Positions 29,419 through 38,203 of a DNA stretch of 64,000 nucleotides are shown in pieces. Every line of letters starts with the position of its first letter. Position 1 is the stretch's first letter. The notes under the pieces were generated by a model that had not been told where the DNA came from, did no database searches, and was given only the letters and a program-made list of their open reading frames with translations. The position numbers and the translations under genes are program-made. Location of the stretch: sequence record MH791411.1; one strand, 5' to 3'. This DNA is from Escherichia phage Ecwhy_1.

Positions 29419-29543
29419 CACTCCCCCATCAGCCAATCAAAGAGACGTTCCAAGAAGCCATTAGGCTTGTATTCTGGTTCTTTGTTCACGTCGGTTTCTT
29501 GTTCATAAACACCCAAATCTTCTTCAAGTATAATTGTATTCAT
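29418..29543 (-). CDS. conserved micro-ORF, copy B (41 aa, ends DWLMGE)
   Basis: ATG start; protein MNTIILEEDLGVYEQETDVNKEPEYKPNGFLERLFDWLMGE parallels copy A; stop overlaps the next start. Confidence 0.45.
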   Translation of the reverse strand: MNTIILEEDLGVYEQETDVNKEPEYKPNGFLERLFDWLMGE

Positions 29544-29926
29544 TATATATTATACTCTATTATACCATCATCACTTTCACCAGACAACCACTTAATGTAA
29601 TTTACTTTGTAGAAATTAATCAATGCATAAGTGCTGTACTCAATCAACAAGTGATCTCTCAAGAATTCGTCTTGAGCATATCCATCTTCATCCAAATCTG
29701 TTGGAATATCAGTTTCTTTGTCTTGAATGTGTAAAGTTATTGTGTCTTTTGTTATACAAATTGTTATATGATTACAAATAGTAATGATGATTATGCTATA
29801 TGTTCTATTGAAATATATTGTGAAATCTTCATTAATATTATATCTTCGACTTTCTTCATATTTCTGATATGGGTCGAAATGTGATAAATTAACTTTAATT
29901 AATGTATTTCTCAACTTACACCTCAA
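29543..29926 (-). CDS. hypothetical protein
   Basis: 127-aa ORF; start codon uncertain. Confidence 0.35.
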   Translation of the reverse strand: MRCKLRNTLIKVNLSHFDPYQKYEESRRYNINEDFTIYFNRTYSIIIITICNHITICITKDTITLHIQDKETDIPTDLDEDGYAQDEFLRDHLLIEYSTYALINFYKVNYIKWLSGESDDGIIEYNI

Positions 29927-30307
29927 TCATATAAAGTAATTATACATTTTATTGTACAATATAAAAAGGTCTTTAACATTATCATAAGTAATATCAGATA
30001 CATCATGAATTAATGATAACTGGAAAAATGATGCTTCGTCTATCTCTACTGGGATTATAACATCATAGTCTTCGTCAATTTTATGGGTGTAGTATTTTAT
30101 GTGATCAGCATTCAACACAAGGTTGTATTTTGTATCATCTTCAATTAATCCGACAAATTGAGATTTTTGATTAATAAAAAATCCAATCCCAACACAACGG
30201 TTATCTGGATATGGATAGTACCATCTATTAATAACTAGGTGTTCAGGTAAGTCCATATCATGTGTTGATATTAAAGATTTTACAATTCCCATCCAGGAAT
30301 AATTCAT
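29927..30307 (-). CDS. hypothetical protein
   Basis: 126-aa ORF with ATG start. Confidence 0.45.
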   Translation of the reverse strand: MNYSWMGIVKSLISTHDMDLPEHLVINRWYYPYPDNRCVGIGFFINQKSQFVGLIEDDTKYNLVLNADHIKYYTHKIDEDYDVIIPVEIDEASFFQLSLIHDVSDITYDNVKDLFILYNKMYNYFI

Positions 30308-30321
30308 AATTAAAACTCCAT

Positions 30322-30350
30322 AAGAAAAGGGACAGAATAATCTCTGTCCC
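30322..30350 (-). terminator. rho-independent terminator downstream of the hpf-like gene
   Basis: Hairpin gggacag-aataatct-ctgtccc (30329-30350); on the minus strand followed by ttttctt. Confidence 0.65.
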
Positions 30351-30361
30351 TTTATTATATC

Positions 30362-30694
30362 TTACTCTTCGTCTTCAGTCAAGTCTTCTTGAACTGGATG
30401 TTCGGGGTGGTTACGGCGATGCAATTTGATGCTTTTGTCTTTACCTAAGACAGTTTCCATTTTTTCAAATGAATCACCAATTGCTTTGTATAAATCTGCA
30501 TCATCGGCGGTGACAATCTTACCACCTGATGTTAAAGTTACGGAATATTGATTCTTATGCTCTTTCTTCACATGAACACCGATATAAAGTACTGAAGAAT
30601 CACTAAACTTCGTTAGTGCATTTGCTTCTGCATGAATCGCGTCATTGATTGCTGGAGTAATATCAACATTACCTTGGATAACTAAATCTAGCAT
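30362..30694 (-). CDS. hpf: ribosome hibernation promoting factor / RaiA-family protein
   Basis: 110 aa; aligns along its length with E. coli HPF as I recall it (ITG-N-V-ITxA near the N-terminus, a G-x-I-xA-x-DxYxAIDxxxxKL core, Lys-rich tail). Confidence 0.7.
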   Translation of the reverse strand: MLDLVIQGNVDITPAINDAIHAEANALTKFSDSSVLYIGVHVKKEHKNQYSVTLTSGGKIVTADDADLYKAIGDSFEKMETVLGKDKSIKLHRRNHPEHPVQEDLTEDEE

Positions 30695-30719
30695 AATTTA
30701 CCTACCTTTTTTTTTAGTT

Positions 30720-31646
30720 TTAAAGATTACTAACTAACAATTCTGCACGGTTTCCTACTTGACGATACCATAGAGAATTCTTAATTTCTTTTTTGAACTT
30801 GTTATTATTTTGATTATCAACGCTTTTCCATAATTTATTGAAAGTATTTAACTTATCAACTCCTAATGTAAATGCCATCTCAAATAAAATTCGTTGTTGT
30901 TCAGCCGTAAGGTTTGTTGCATTTCTTTTCTTCAATAATAAAACTAAATCATTATTAGTTCGTTCCATGTCAGACAATAAAAGTTTATGTGCTTGTGACT
31001 TCGTAATACCATTACGATACTTACTTGCATCTGATTCTTTCTTTCCAAGATAATGTCCGTACCCAATAGTGAAGTTACCTTTTATATCACGATACGGATA
31101 AAATTTAGAATTTCGATATGGAACTCCAACTTTCCCACCAAGTAAACGTCGTTTGTTCTTGGACTGAAATTCAATAGAACCTTCAGCTTCTTTGATGTGA
31201 TTGACAATTTCTGGATCTTTATAATCAAACAGTACAGTCACATCTGGTAACAATACGTGCTTCAAATCCTCTTTTGTTGGGATAAAGATACCCTGAGAAG
31301 TATGAAGAGTTGCATTTAAGTTGATGTTCTTCAACAAAATGACATAATCTTCAATCTGTACATTTTTAGGTTTAAATTTCTGTGCAATAGAATAATAACT
31401 ATCACCAGGTTGAACCGTATAATGTTTCTCGCTGCTTGGAACTGCTTTTGGTACTGACACCTGTGGTAGTTCCTGCTTTTGAATTTGCGTAACTTGTGGT
31501 TTTAAATTATGCACCTGACTTTCGTCTAATGATGATGCACGATCACTTTGAGAAAAACCATAAAATCCAATCGCAGCGAATAGGGCTGATGAAACTAATA
31601 CGCCTACGGCAATTTTAGTTTTCAGTTCTTTTTTCGCTTTTTTCAA
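30720..31646 (-). CDS. endolysin: N-terminal TM/signal-anchor + LysM + T4-lysozyme-like (GH24) domain
   Basis: Hydrophobic segment KIAVGVLVSSALFAAIGFYGF; LysM (YTVQPGDSYYSIAQKF); lysozyme motifs GNFTIGYGH, RILFEMAFTLG, SLWYRQVGNRAELL. No in-frame ATG near the 5' end; probable TTG start at 31646 preceded by AAAGGAGG. Confidence 0.8.
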   Translation of the reverse strand: MKKAKKELKTKIAVGVLVSSALFAAIGFYGFSQSDRASSLDESQVHNLKPQVTQIQKQELPQVSVPKAVPSSEKHYTVQPGDSYYSIAQKFKPKNVQIEDYVILLKNINLNATLHTSQGIFIPTKEDLKHVLLPDVTVLFDYKDPEIVNHIKEAEGSIEFQSKNKRRLLGGKVGVPYRNSKFYPYRDIKGNFTIGYGHYLGKKESDASKYRNGITKSQAHKLLLSDMERTNNDLVLLLKKRNATNLTAEQQRILFEMAFTLGVDKLNTFNKLWKSVDNQNNNKFKKEIKNSLWYRQVGNRAELLVSNL

Positions 31647-31813
31647 AACGCCTCCTTTGTTGGTTGTTAACAATGAGCAATCACAAAGAGGGCAAAGAGG
31701 CCATTTGCAAAAGCCTCATTGGACTTTCTACAGTACTCAGTTGTTCTTTGGAACATTTAAGTAGTATAGCATACTTTTTAGTTATATCAAGACCTATTTA
31801 CCAAATAACCACA

Positions 31814-32224
31814 TTAATCGTAGTATGTTCTACCAATGGTGATGTGATATTTGAAATATTTAGATGCCAAACCCAGTTCATTACGAATATGTGCAATGAA
31901 ATCATCTTCAAACTCTATGATAAAGAATGACCCAGGTTTCTTATTGTCTTTTACTTCTTCGATGAAAGGATCGAACTTAATCTTAACTTTCATACCATCG
32001 TACTTTTTCCAGTACTCTGGATTTGGTGGCACTTCACCACGAACGATACTGACATGTGCTCCCCATTGTGGGTCTTTAATATCAATATGTAAGTCAGTTC
32101 TGATGAAGTACTGGTAGTATCGAACCAACTGTAATGGAAGTTGCAGTACTAACCAGAAGTCCTTCTTCTTTTTCATAGTGCCACGATCTGGATCATACAC
32201 CAGAGTTCCTTCCATTTCAATCAT
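31814..32224 (-). CDS. 2H-phosphoesterase-like protein (LigT/cyclic-phosphodiesterase fold)
   Basis: 136 aa with two H-x-[ST]-x motifs (AHVSIVRG and YHITIGRT) at the spacing expected for the 2H superfamily. Confidence 0.5.
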   Translation of the reverse strand: MIEMEGTLVYDPDRGTMKKKKDFWLVLQLPLQLVRYYQYFIRTDLHIDIKDPQWGAHVSIVRGEVPPNPEYWKKYDGMKVKIKFDPFIEEVKDNKKPGSFFIIEFEDDFIAHIRNELGLASKYFKYHITIGRTYYD

Positions 32225-32231
32225 ATTTTAC

Positions 32232-32435
32232 CTATAAATTTACATATATATTTTTATTTTCAATACGAACATAAGTTTCTAAAACATCTTTCGGAATTTT
32301 ATTACTTGTTTTGTACCATGTAGTATTATCTACTAAAACAAAAGTTTCACCTTCAGTTTCACCAAATGTACTTAGTGCATAAATGAAGTAGTTTGGTGAT
32401 GCACTACAATAAACATCAGCATTAATTTCAATCAT
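32232..32435 (-). CDS. hypothetical small protein
   Basis: 67-aa ORF. Confidence 0.4.
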   Translation of the reverse strand: MIEINADVYCSASPNYFIYALSTFGETEGETFVLVDNTTWYKTSNKIPKDVLETYVRIENKNIYVNL

Positions 32436-32581
32436 ATTTTACACCACAATAAAGCTTAATACAACGAGTGTAATAAACACACCCACAATGGCGGTCATTT
32501 CAGGGTTAGCATCGTATGTATAACGGATGCACTTTAGAAAATCTTTACCAAACTTTTTTAGTCCATTCATATATTTTCCTT

Positions 32582-32938
32582 TCATTTCTTGTGTAAAGGG
32601 TCGGCACTTTCATAATAGATTGTATCATTGTTTCGCTCAATAGTAAAACTCTTTTGACACAACTCTTCAGCTAAACCCTTAGCATAGTTTAATACATCTC
32701 GGTTGAGATATACTTCTTCTTTTGGGAAGCGTGGGTACTGAATAATACGAGCACACATTCCACTTTCAAGACCACCCGTGTAGATGTATTCACACGGAAT
32801 CAATTGTACACAAAATCCAAGCTTGAATGCAAACTTTCGTGTGTACTCTCTTGCTGTTTGGATATCACCAGCAATATGAATATTCCAGTACTGTGTTTCA
32901 ACTGTACCTTTGTCGATGTATTTCATACTCATCTCCAA
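32582..32938 (-). CDS. hypothetical protein
   Basis: 118-aa ORF. Confidence 0.45.
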   Translation of the reverse strand: MEMSMKYIDKGTVETQYWNIHIAGDIQTAREYTRKFAFKLGFCVQLIPCEYIYTGGLESGMCARIIQYPRFPKEEVYLNRDVLNYAKGLAEELCQKSFTIERNNDTIYYESADPLHKK

Positions 32939-32955
32939 TTATAGCATAAAAAATC

Positions 32956-33351
32956 CTACTTGCCCAAATCTTCTATAATTCTTTTTATGATATCATTGTT
33001 TTCCAGACATAAAGTACTGAAATTTCTACCTGTTTTTTCATTGAGTTCATTAATCTCAAGCATAAGATAACCATAAGTGATATCTTGGACCCTACTTCGT
33101 TTTACCCTTGAGTACAGTCTGATGGGTACAGATACACGAGTATTCAAAAAGAATTCTGATAAATCATAACGATATACCAGGTATTCATTCTTGTAACGTT
33201 TACGACTGTACGATTCTAAACACTGTGGGAAACGTCTATCAAACATACTACTTCTTAGTTGAAGTGTGATTGGATCTAACTTATGCGAGAAATACTTTTT
33301 GATTATTTTATTAAATCTTGTTACATGTCGTTTACGCCATCTCATAATCAA
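32956..33351 (-). CDS. hypothetical basic protein
   Basis: 131-aa ORF, Arg/Lys-rich. Confidence 0.45.
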   Translation of the reverse strand: MIMRWRKRHVTRFNKIIKKYFSHKLDPITLQLRSSMFDRRFPQCLESYSRKRYKNEYLVYRYDLSEFFLNTRVSVPIRLYSRVKRSRVQDITYGYLMLEINELNEKTGRNFSTLCLENNDIIKRIIEDLGK

Positions 33352-33791
33352 ACCTTAAAAAATATAATAGGAAAGTATTTTGTTTCCGAATCTGAAATAC
33401 TGTTACAGTAATCTTTCAATTCATCATGGATAACATTCAAATGAATAGTAGGATAGTTCATAGGTTTCTGTACTGGGCCAGTGGCATATACGCAATCTGT
33501 TCTATCCCAACTTACATATTGGGTTGGGTAATTATCTTTAGTACGTTCTTCAATAATAATATTATATTCTGGTGTATTGAATATATACATATCACATTGT
33601 GAAATGTACTGAACATTAAAATCACCGTCAGTGAGATGGATCATGTTCCCATCGCAATATAAGCATGATGGTTCAGTGTATCCTAAAATTGAAGATAAAG
33701 TTCTGAAGTTTGCTCCTGGACCCAAATATACCAAATTCGTGTGTAAACAAATATCAATGAAACGTTTGAAGACTTCAGTTTCGTTATGCAT
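33348..33791 (-). CDS. hypothetical protein
   Basis: 147-aa ORF; start overlaps the downstream stop. Confidence 0.45.
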   Translation of the reverse strand: MHNETEVFKRFIDICLHTNLVYLGPGANFRTLSSILGYTEPSCLYCDGNMIHLTDGDFNVQYISQCDMYIFNTPEYNIIIEERTKDNYPTQYVSWDRTDCVYATGPVQKPMNYPTIHLNVIHDELKDYCNSISDSETKYFPIIFFKV

Positions 33792-33834
33792 ATAGATACC
33801 TTAAAAAGACCCCACATAGTGAGGTCAAACACTT

Positions 33835-34059
33835 TTAAACGTTATCATCATCCAAAGCTTCACGGTAAACATAATAAACATGCGTACCTAGAAGAACAAT
33901 GAGTACAATGAATACTAACCAGAATGGTACAAAATGCAGTACAAGTGCAAATGCCATTACGGTAATAACCATCACTACTGAACTAAAAATAAGACTAGTC
34001 GCTTTTTTAAATCCAGATAGTACATCATTCAAAACGCGTTTCATAAATGAATCAACCAT
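33835..34059 (-). CDS. small membrane protein
   Basis: 74 aa; hydrophobic segment VVMVITVMAFALVLHFVPFWLVFIVLIVLLG. Confidence 0.45.
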   Translation of the reverse strand: MVDSFMKRVLNDVLSGFKKATSLIFSSVVMVITVMAFALVLHFVPFWLVFIVLIVLLGTHVYYVYREALDDDNV

Positions 34060-34636
34060 TTTTATTCCTCATATAATCCATATAGCAAGTTCTGCATAGA
34101 CTCTTGTATGATTCATCACCACCAATAAAGACTTTATCAGTACTTTCAACTATACGGGCATTCATAGTGGCTTCTTTGCCACACTTCTGATTCTCACACA
34201 CGTTCTTAAGTTCATGTATGTCATCAGCTATTTCGAACAGTCTTTGTGAACCTTCAAAAAGATTGGATTCAAAATCTGTTCGTATTCCATAACAGGAAAC
34301 ATCAACACCATAATTATCTGCTATATCAGCTAAATGGTCAATTTGTTCTCTGTTTAAAAATTGACATTCATCAACATAGATACTGTTAATGTCAACGTCA
34401 TTTTTGAGTGTTTCTTTAACTTTAAGAAGAACACTAATGTCATTTTTTGGAATTACTTCAGCCACAGCTTCGATGCCAATTCTTGAAGTAATCTTTCCTG
34501 TTCCATAACGATCATCAAGTGCACTGGTTAAGTAAATTACCTTCATTCCATTTTTCTTATGGTTATATGCTTTTTGTAAAAGATGAGTACTTTTACCACT
34601 AGACATACTACCATAGTAATATACTAATTTACCCAT
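34052..34636 (-). CDS. tdk: thymidine kinase
   Basis: 194 aa; P-loop GSMSSGKST, VDECQFL, and a C-terminal zinc-ribbon-like cysteine cluster (CxxxxC ... CxxC), the type II thymidine kinase layout. Confidence 0.85.
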   Translation of the reverse strand: MGKLVYYYGSMSSGKSTHLLQKAYNHKKNGMKVIYLTSALDDRYGTGKITSRIGIEAVAEVIPKNDISVLLKVKETLKNDVDINSIYVDECQFLNREQIDHLADIADNYGVDVSCYGIRTDFESNLFEGSQRLFEIADDIHELKNVCENQKCGKEATMNARIVESTDKVFIGGDESYKSLCRTCYMDYMRNKNG

Positions 34637-34967
34637 TTTTAATCCTTAAGTACGTGTGCTTACATTTTAATCTATTACCATAGGATGAAATTGGGATATT
34701 GAACATTTCTATTTTACCCTCTTTTAAAAGACGTAAAATATCTGGATCGTTTTTGGTTTGTACACAATGAAGACCATTGACTTGAATTTCTAAACCATTC
34801 TTCAGAAATTCATAAATCTTCTGTCTACGCTTCCCACCGAAACTTTCATTTCGGATAACATCTCTTAGGTCTTTATATTCTTGTTTTAATTTCCTGTCAA
34901 AAAGTGTTCCATCTTTCTTTCTGATTTCTTCAATACACTTATATTGAGTTTGTCCTCTAAGAGCCAT
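34629..34967 (-). CDS. hypothetical basic protein
   Basis: 112-aa ORF. Confidence 0.45.
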   Translation of the reverse strand: MALRGQTQYKCIEEIRKKDGTLFDRKLKQEYKDLRDVIRNESFGGKRRQKIYEFLKNGLEIQVNGLHCVQTKNDPDILRLLKEGKIEMFNIPISSYGNRLKCKHTYLRIKNG

Positions 34968-35436
34968 ATTTGACCTCGTTGGGATATTTCTTCATTAACT
35001 CATGTAAACGTTGAATTTCCTGATTTTTCTTATGTTCTTCATCATACTTCTTAGAAAGATTCTTTCTTGTATTTGTTTCTAATAATCTAAAATTAGTACA
35101 GAATCTATCATTTTTAGCAACGTTCTTACGTAACGCATCAAAAACAGTACTGAAATAGTTATCCAATGGAAAAGAAGTATCAGTGTAATTATAAAAATCC
35201 ATTACATTTGTCATGTTCACATGTTCAATTACCGCACCATTGTGCGTTACAATAAACATTATATCACCATAATTACAATTTGCATCAGTACGGTACAGAT
35301 ATAAATGATCACGTAAATAATCTTTTAATTTATGTTCAATACCACTTTGTTCAGTACTTTGAAATACCAAAACTTCACCATAGATTGTATTACCTTCATA
35401 ATCATTTGGTTCGCGGATAATTGTAAGGTTATACAT
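34957..35436 (-). CDS. hypothetical protein
   Basis: 159-aa ORF. Confidence 0.45.
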   Translation of the reverse strand: MYNLTIIREPNDYEGNTIYGEVLVFQSTEQSGIEHKLKDYLRDHLYLYRTDANCNYGDIMFIVTHNGAVIEHVNMTNVMDFYNYTDTSFPLDNYFSTVFDALRKNVAKNDRFCTNFRLLETNTRKNLSKKYDEEHKKNQEIQRLHELMKKYPNEVKYGS

Positions 35437-35444
35437 ATAACTCC

Positions 35445-35735
35445 TTATACCGGAGATACGGTACTCAGCATTAGTAGAGCAGTGTTTTCATCAATTTCAT
35501 GTTGATTGTCGCACACTAGTGTTTCCAATAGGTCTGGATTGTAATAATAATGTTCATAATCTGTATCATTTGGAATATGGTGATAGGTGAATACAATGTC
35601 AAATACATCATCATCATTTTCACTTTTGAAACGCTTTAATTCTTCTACACTTTCAACAAAACCATACTCTTCAAAAGCAGTAGTACCATCAGTAAGTTTC
35701 ATCCATGCACTTGCGACAATTTTCATAAATTTCAA
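35445..35735 (-). CDS. hypothetical acidic protein
   Basis: 96-aa ORF. Confidence 0.45.
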   Translation of the reverse strand: MKFMKIVASAWMKLTDGTTAFEEYGFVESVEELKRFKSENDDDVFDIVFTYHHIPNDTDYEHYYYNPDLLETLVCDNQHEIDENTALLMLSTVSPV

Positions 35736-35739
35736 ATCC

Positions 35740-36327
35740 TTATTCTTTTGTAATGTTTAGTTTAGAAACGAAATGGTTTTTTGCTTCTTCAAATGTCATT
35801 GAAGTATATACTGGGTTCCAATTATCGTCAAGATCTGTAAGTACTTTAACTTCCATTACATCTTCAGGTGTGTAGAATTGCCATGTGTTATGATCTGGTT
35901 CATAATTAGGGTCTAGTGTGAAAACTGTTCCATTCTGACCATAAACTTGTCCATCCTCTAATAGCTCACGAAATAAGTCTTCCCCAGTTGTTGGGTCTTC
36001 GTATGCATTATAAAAAGGAAAAACAACATTCTCAACATCAGTTCGGGTAGTACCATCGTCTTCATCATATTCAACCAAACGGTCCTGATGAAATACTAGG
36101 TCAATAGCACCAATGCGAGGTTTATTATGTGGAGTTTTGATTTCTTGCTGGGAATTGTAATCCATACGTTCAGTACTGATGAATACACCACTTGGTGTGA
36201 TTTCAATACCAGATACATTTTCTGGTGAATAATAAGAGTCACACATATCATCAATATGCATGTGCTCATGATACACTTCCATTTCAGGGTTCTGCATCAA
36301 CAGTGCTGCTAGGTCTTTTGCTTTCAA
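35740..36327 (-). CDS. hypothetical acidic protein
   Basis: 195-aa ORF. Confidence 0.45.
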   Translation of the reverse strand: MKAKDLAALLMQNPEMEVYHEHMHIDDMCDSYYSPENVSGIEITPSGVFISTERMDYNSQQEIKTPHNKPRIGAIDLVFHQDRLVEYDEDDGTTRTDVENVVFPFYNAYEDPTTGEDLFRELLEDGQVYGQNGTVFTLDPNYEPDHNTWQFYTPEDVMEVKVLTDLDDNWNPVYTSMTFEEAKNHFVSKLNITKE

Positions 36328-36716
36328 TCTTCAATCTCCATAGAGTCATCACTTTCGTAATCATCACTAGTGTACTTAGTTTTTACCTCAATACCATTCT
36401 CATGAAGGTATGTGATAAAGCCATTACCATGAACGAATTGATTATAATATGTATTTTCTTCTACATGTGAGTCATAATCATCTTCGTAATATGTGGGCAT
36501 TGTAACATCATGACCAGCACTTTGCAAGTACTGGAACAATTCTTTCAGAACTACTTCGATATCACCTTCTTCTGTGCCATAACAATATGCAGGTTCACCG
36601 TGAGTGAATTTGAATCCTTTACAGGAAACTGTATAAATGTCACTCATGTTCATACCACAATCATCACATTCATGTATAGAACAATGCTGGTGGAATTTAA
36701 TCTTTTTGATTTGCAT
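36324..36716 (-). CDS. hypothetical Cys-containing acidic protein
   Basis: 130 aa; N-terminal HxHCxxHxCxxC cluster, acidic C-terminus. Confidence 0.45.
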   Translation of the reverse strand: MQIKKIKFHQHCSIHECDDCGMNMSDIYTVSCKGFKFTHGEPAYCYGTEEGDIEVVLKELFQYLQSAGHDVTMPTYYEDDYDSHVEENTYYNQFVHGNGFITYLHENGIEVKTKYTSDDYESDDSMEIED

Positions 36717-37050
36717 TTAGAAAATCCTGTAAAGATGTAGTAGACATTGGACTATCAGCACCATCATACCACAGTGATGTATATGGCTGAACTGAACTAA
36801 TATCAATACAGAATCCTTCACGCTCACATTTTCGAGCGAATTCTTCAGTAGTTAGTTTGTTACCAAAAGAAATCTCAAATTCATAACTAGACATATCAAT
36901 ATCAGTACTGTAAATCAATGTACCATCATATGTAATATGGAGTTTAGAATCTGCGTCAAAAAGACGATCTGAAATAGCTTCATAATCATCTTCAGGAACT
37001 GCTTCAATAAGACGGGCCATTAGTCCAGATGTTACGCGGTAATCACTCAT
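36697..37050 (-). CDS. hypothetical protein
   Basis: 117-aa ORF. Confidence 0.45.
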   Translation of the reverse strand: MSDYRVTSGLMARLIEAVPEDDYEAISDRLFDADSKLHITYDGTLIYSTDIDMSSYEFEISFGNKLTTEEFARKCEREGFCIDISSVQPYTSLWYDGADSPMSTTSLQDFLNANQKD

Positions 37051-37066
37051 TTTTTAATCCTTTTTT

Positions 37067-37684
37067 TTATTTTTCAAGTTTATCAATAATAGAAGGTGAT
37101 ACTTTTACATTGAATTCAGAATCAGGAAAATCTTTAGAAAATGAATCAATTTGTTCTTGTGAAAGTTCTTCTTTTTGTGGAAATAACATTTTAACTAAAT
37201 TTTTACCACATTCAATTGCTTCATCATACGACATAGTTTCCCATGTTCCATGCCAAGTACTAGGTTCATATTCTGTCAGTACAGAAATGAAATCAATATC
37301 ATCGGGTGTATACCAAACAGCATTTTGATTCCCTGATGGTGCTGATTGATTTTTACCTAATAAAACAATTGGCTTTTCATAAGGAATGTTAAATATCAAC
37401 CCAGATTCTAAGTTAAGAACAGTTTGAATAGATGAACCCTCCAATTTTGGAGTAATAGTACCATCCTTAAAGAAAATTTGTACATGACCCAAGAGTGGGG
37501 TTTCATATGGTGTAAGTACATTTTCAGAAACTGATGTGGGTTTTGCCGTTGTGAAAATACCAGATGGGGTGACCATTAATTTATTATCAAAATTCTGATA
37601 ATGCAATTCACTATCCACATCATAATGATAAATGTCTAGATTTGGTTGAGATAGTAGTAATTTTGCTAAATCATGAGATTTCAT
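37067..37684 (-). CDS. hypothetical protein
   Basis: Track ORF starts with GTG at 37714 inside the terminator hairpin; the ATG at 37684 (MKSHDLAKLL) has a GGAGAAA RBS. Confidence 0.5.
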   Translation of the reverse strand: MKSHDLAKLLLSQPNLDIYHYDVDSELHYQNFDNKLMVTPSGIFTTAKPTSVSENVLTPYETPLLGHVQIFFKDGTITPKLEGSSIQTVLNLESGLIFNIPYEKPIVLLGKNQSAPSGNQNAVWYTPDDIDFISVLTEYEPSTWHGTWETMSYDEAIECGKNLVKMLFPQKEELSQEQIDSFSKDFPDSEFNVKVSPSIIDKLEK

Positions 37685-37695
37685 TTTATTTCTCC

Positions 37696-37725
37696 AAAAG
37701 AAAAGGAGAGTCACAATGACTCTCC
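37696..37725 (-). terminator. rho-independent terminator
   Basis: Hairpin ggagagtca-caa-tgactctcc (37705-37725); on the minus strand followed by ttttctttt. Confidence 0.65.
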
Positions 37726-37732
37726 ATATATT

Positions 37733-38173
37733 TTATTGTAAAACTTTGAGTTTGTAAAGCATTCCTTCACAAAAACTCATAATGTCTTCTAGCGTGTTAG
37801 TACTACCATAGTCTTCAGCCTCTTCTAGCATAGCATGAATGGCTTTACATTGACTAACATATTCTTCAAGAATTGGTACACAATCCTCGATAGGGGTAAA
37901 ACGATAACTGTTACCAGTACCTACCTGCAATGCCCCGCGAGTGTTCATAATACCCTCTACAAATGCATCAACGTACTCAGGTAACTCTTTGTATAGTTCA
38001 TCCAATTGTAGGTGCTTCGTGTAGAAATGGCTCTGTAAATGCCAGTTGTGAGCAGCAGCACTTAAAAATAAACTATTCTCAATAAATGTAAGTAGTACTT
38101 CATCATAAGAACTATCTTCTTCAGTATCTCCGATAAAGTCCATTACATGTCGTAAATCATTAATATTTTCCAT
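37733..38173 (-). CDS. hypothetical protein, possibly ferritin/Dps-like four-helix bundle
   Basis: 146 aa; AAAHNWHLQSHFYTKHLQLDELYKELPEYVDAF loosely resembles the Dps/ferritin-like His/Glu/Asp motif region. Weak assignment. Confidence 0.45.
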   Translation of the reverse strand: MENINDLRHVMDFIGDTEEDSSYDEVLLTFIENSLFLSAAAHNWHLQSHFYTKHLQLDELYKELPEYVDAFVEGIMNTRGALQVGTGNSYRFTPIEDCVPILEEYVSQCKAIHAMLEEAEDYGSTNTLEDIMSFCEGMLYKLKVLQ

Positions 38174-38203
38174 AAATCTCTCCTTAGAGTTATTCTATGG
38201 TAT

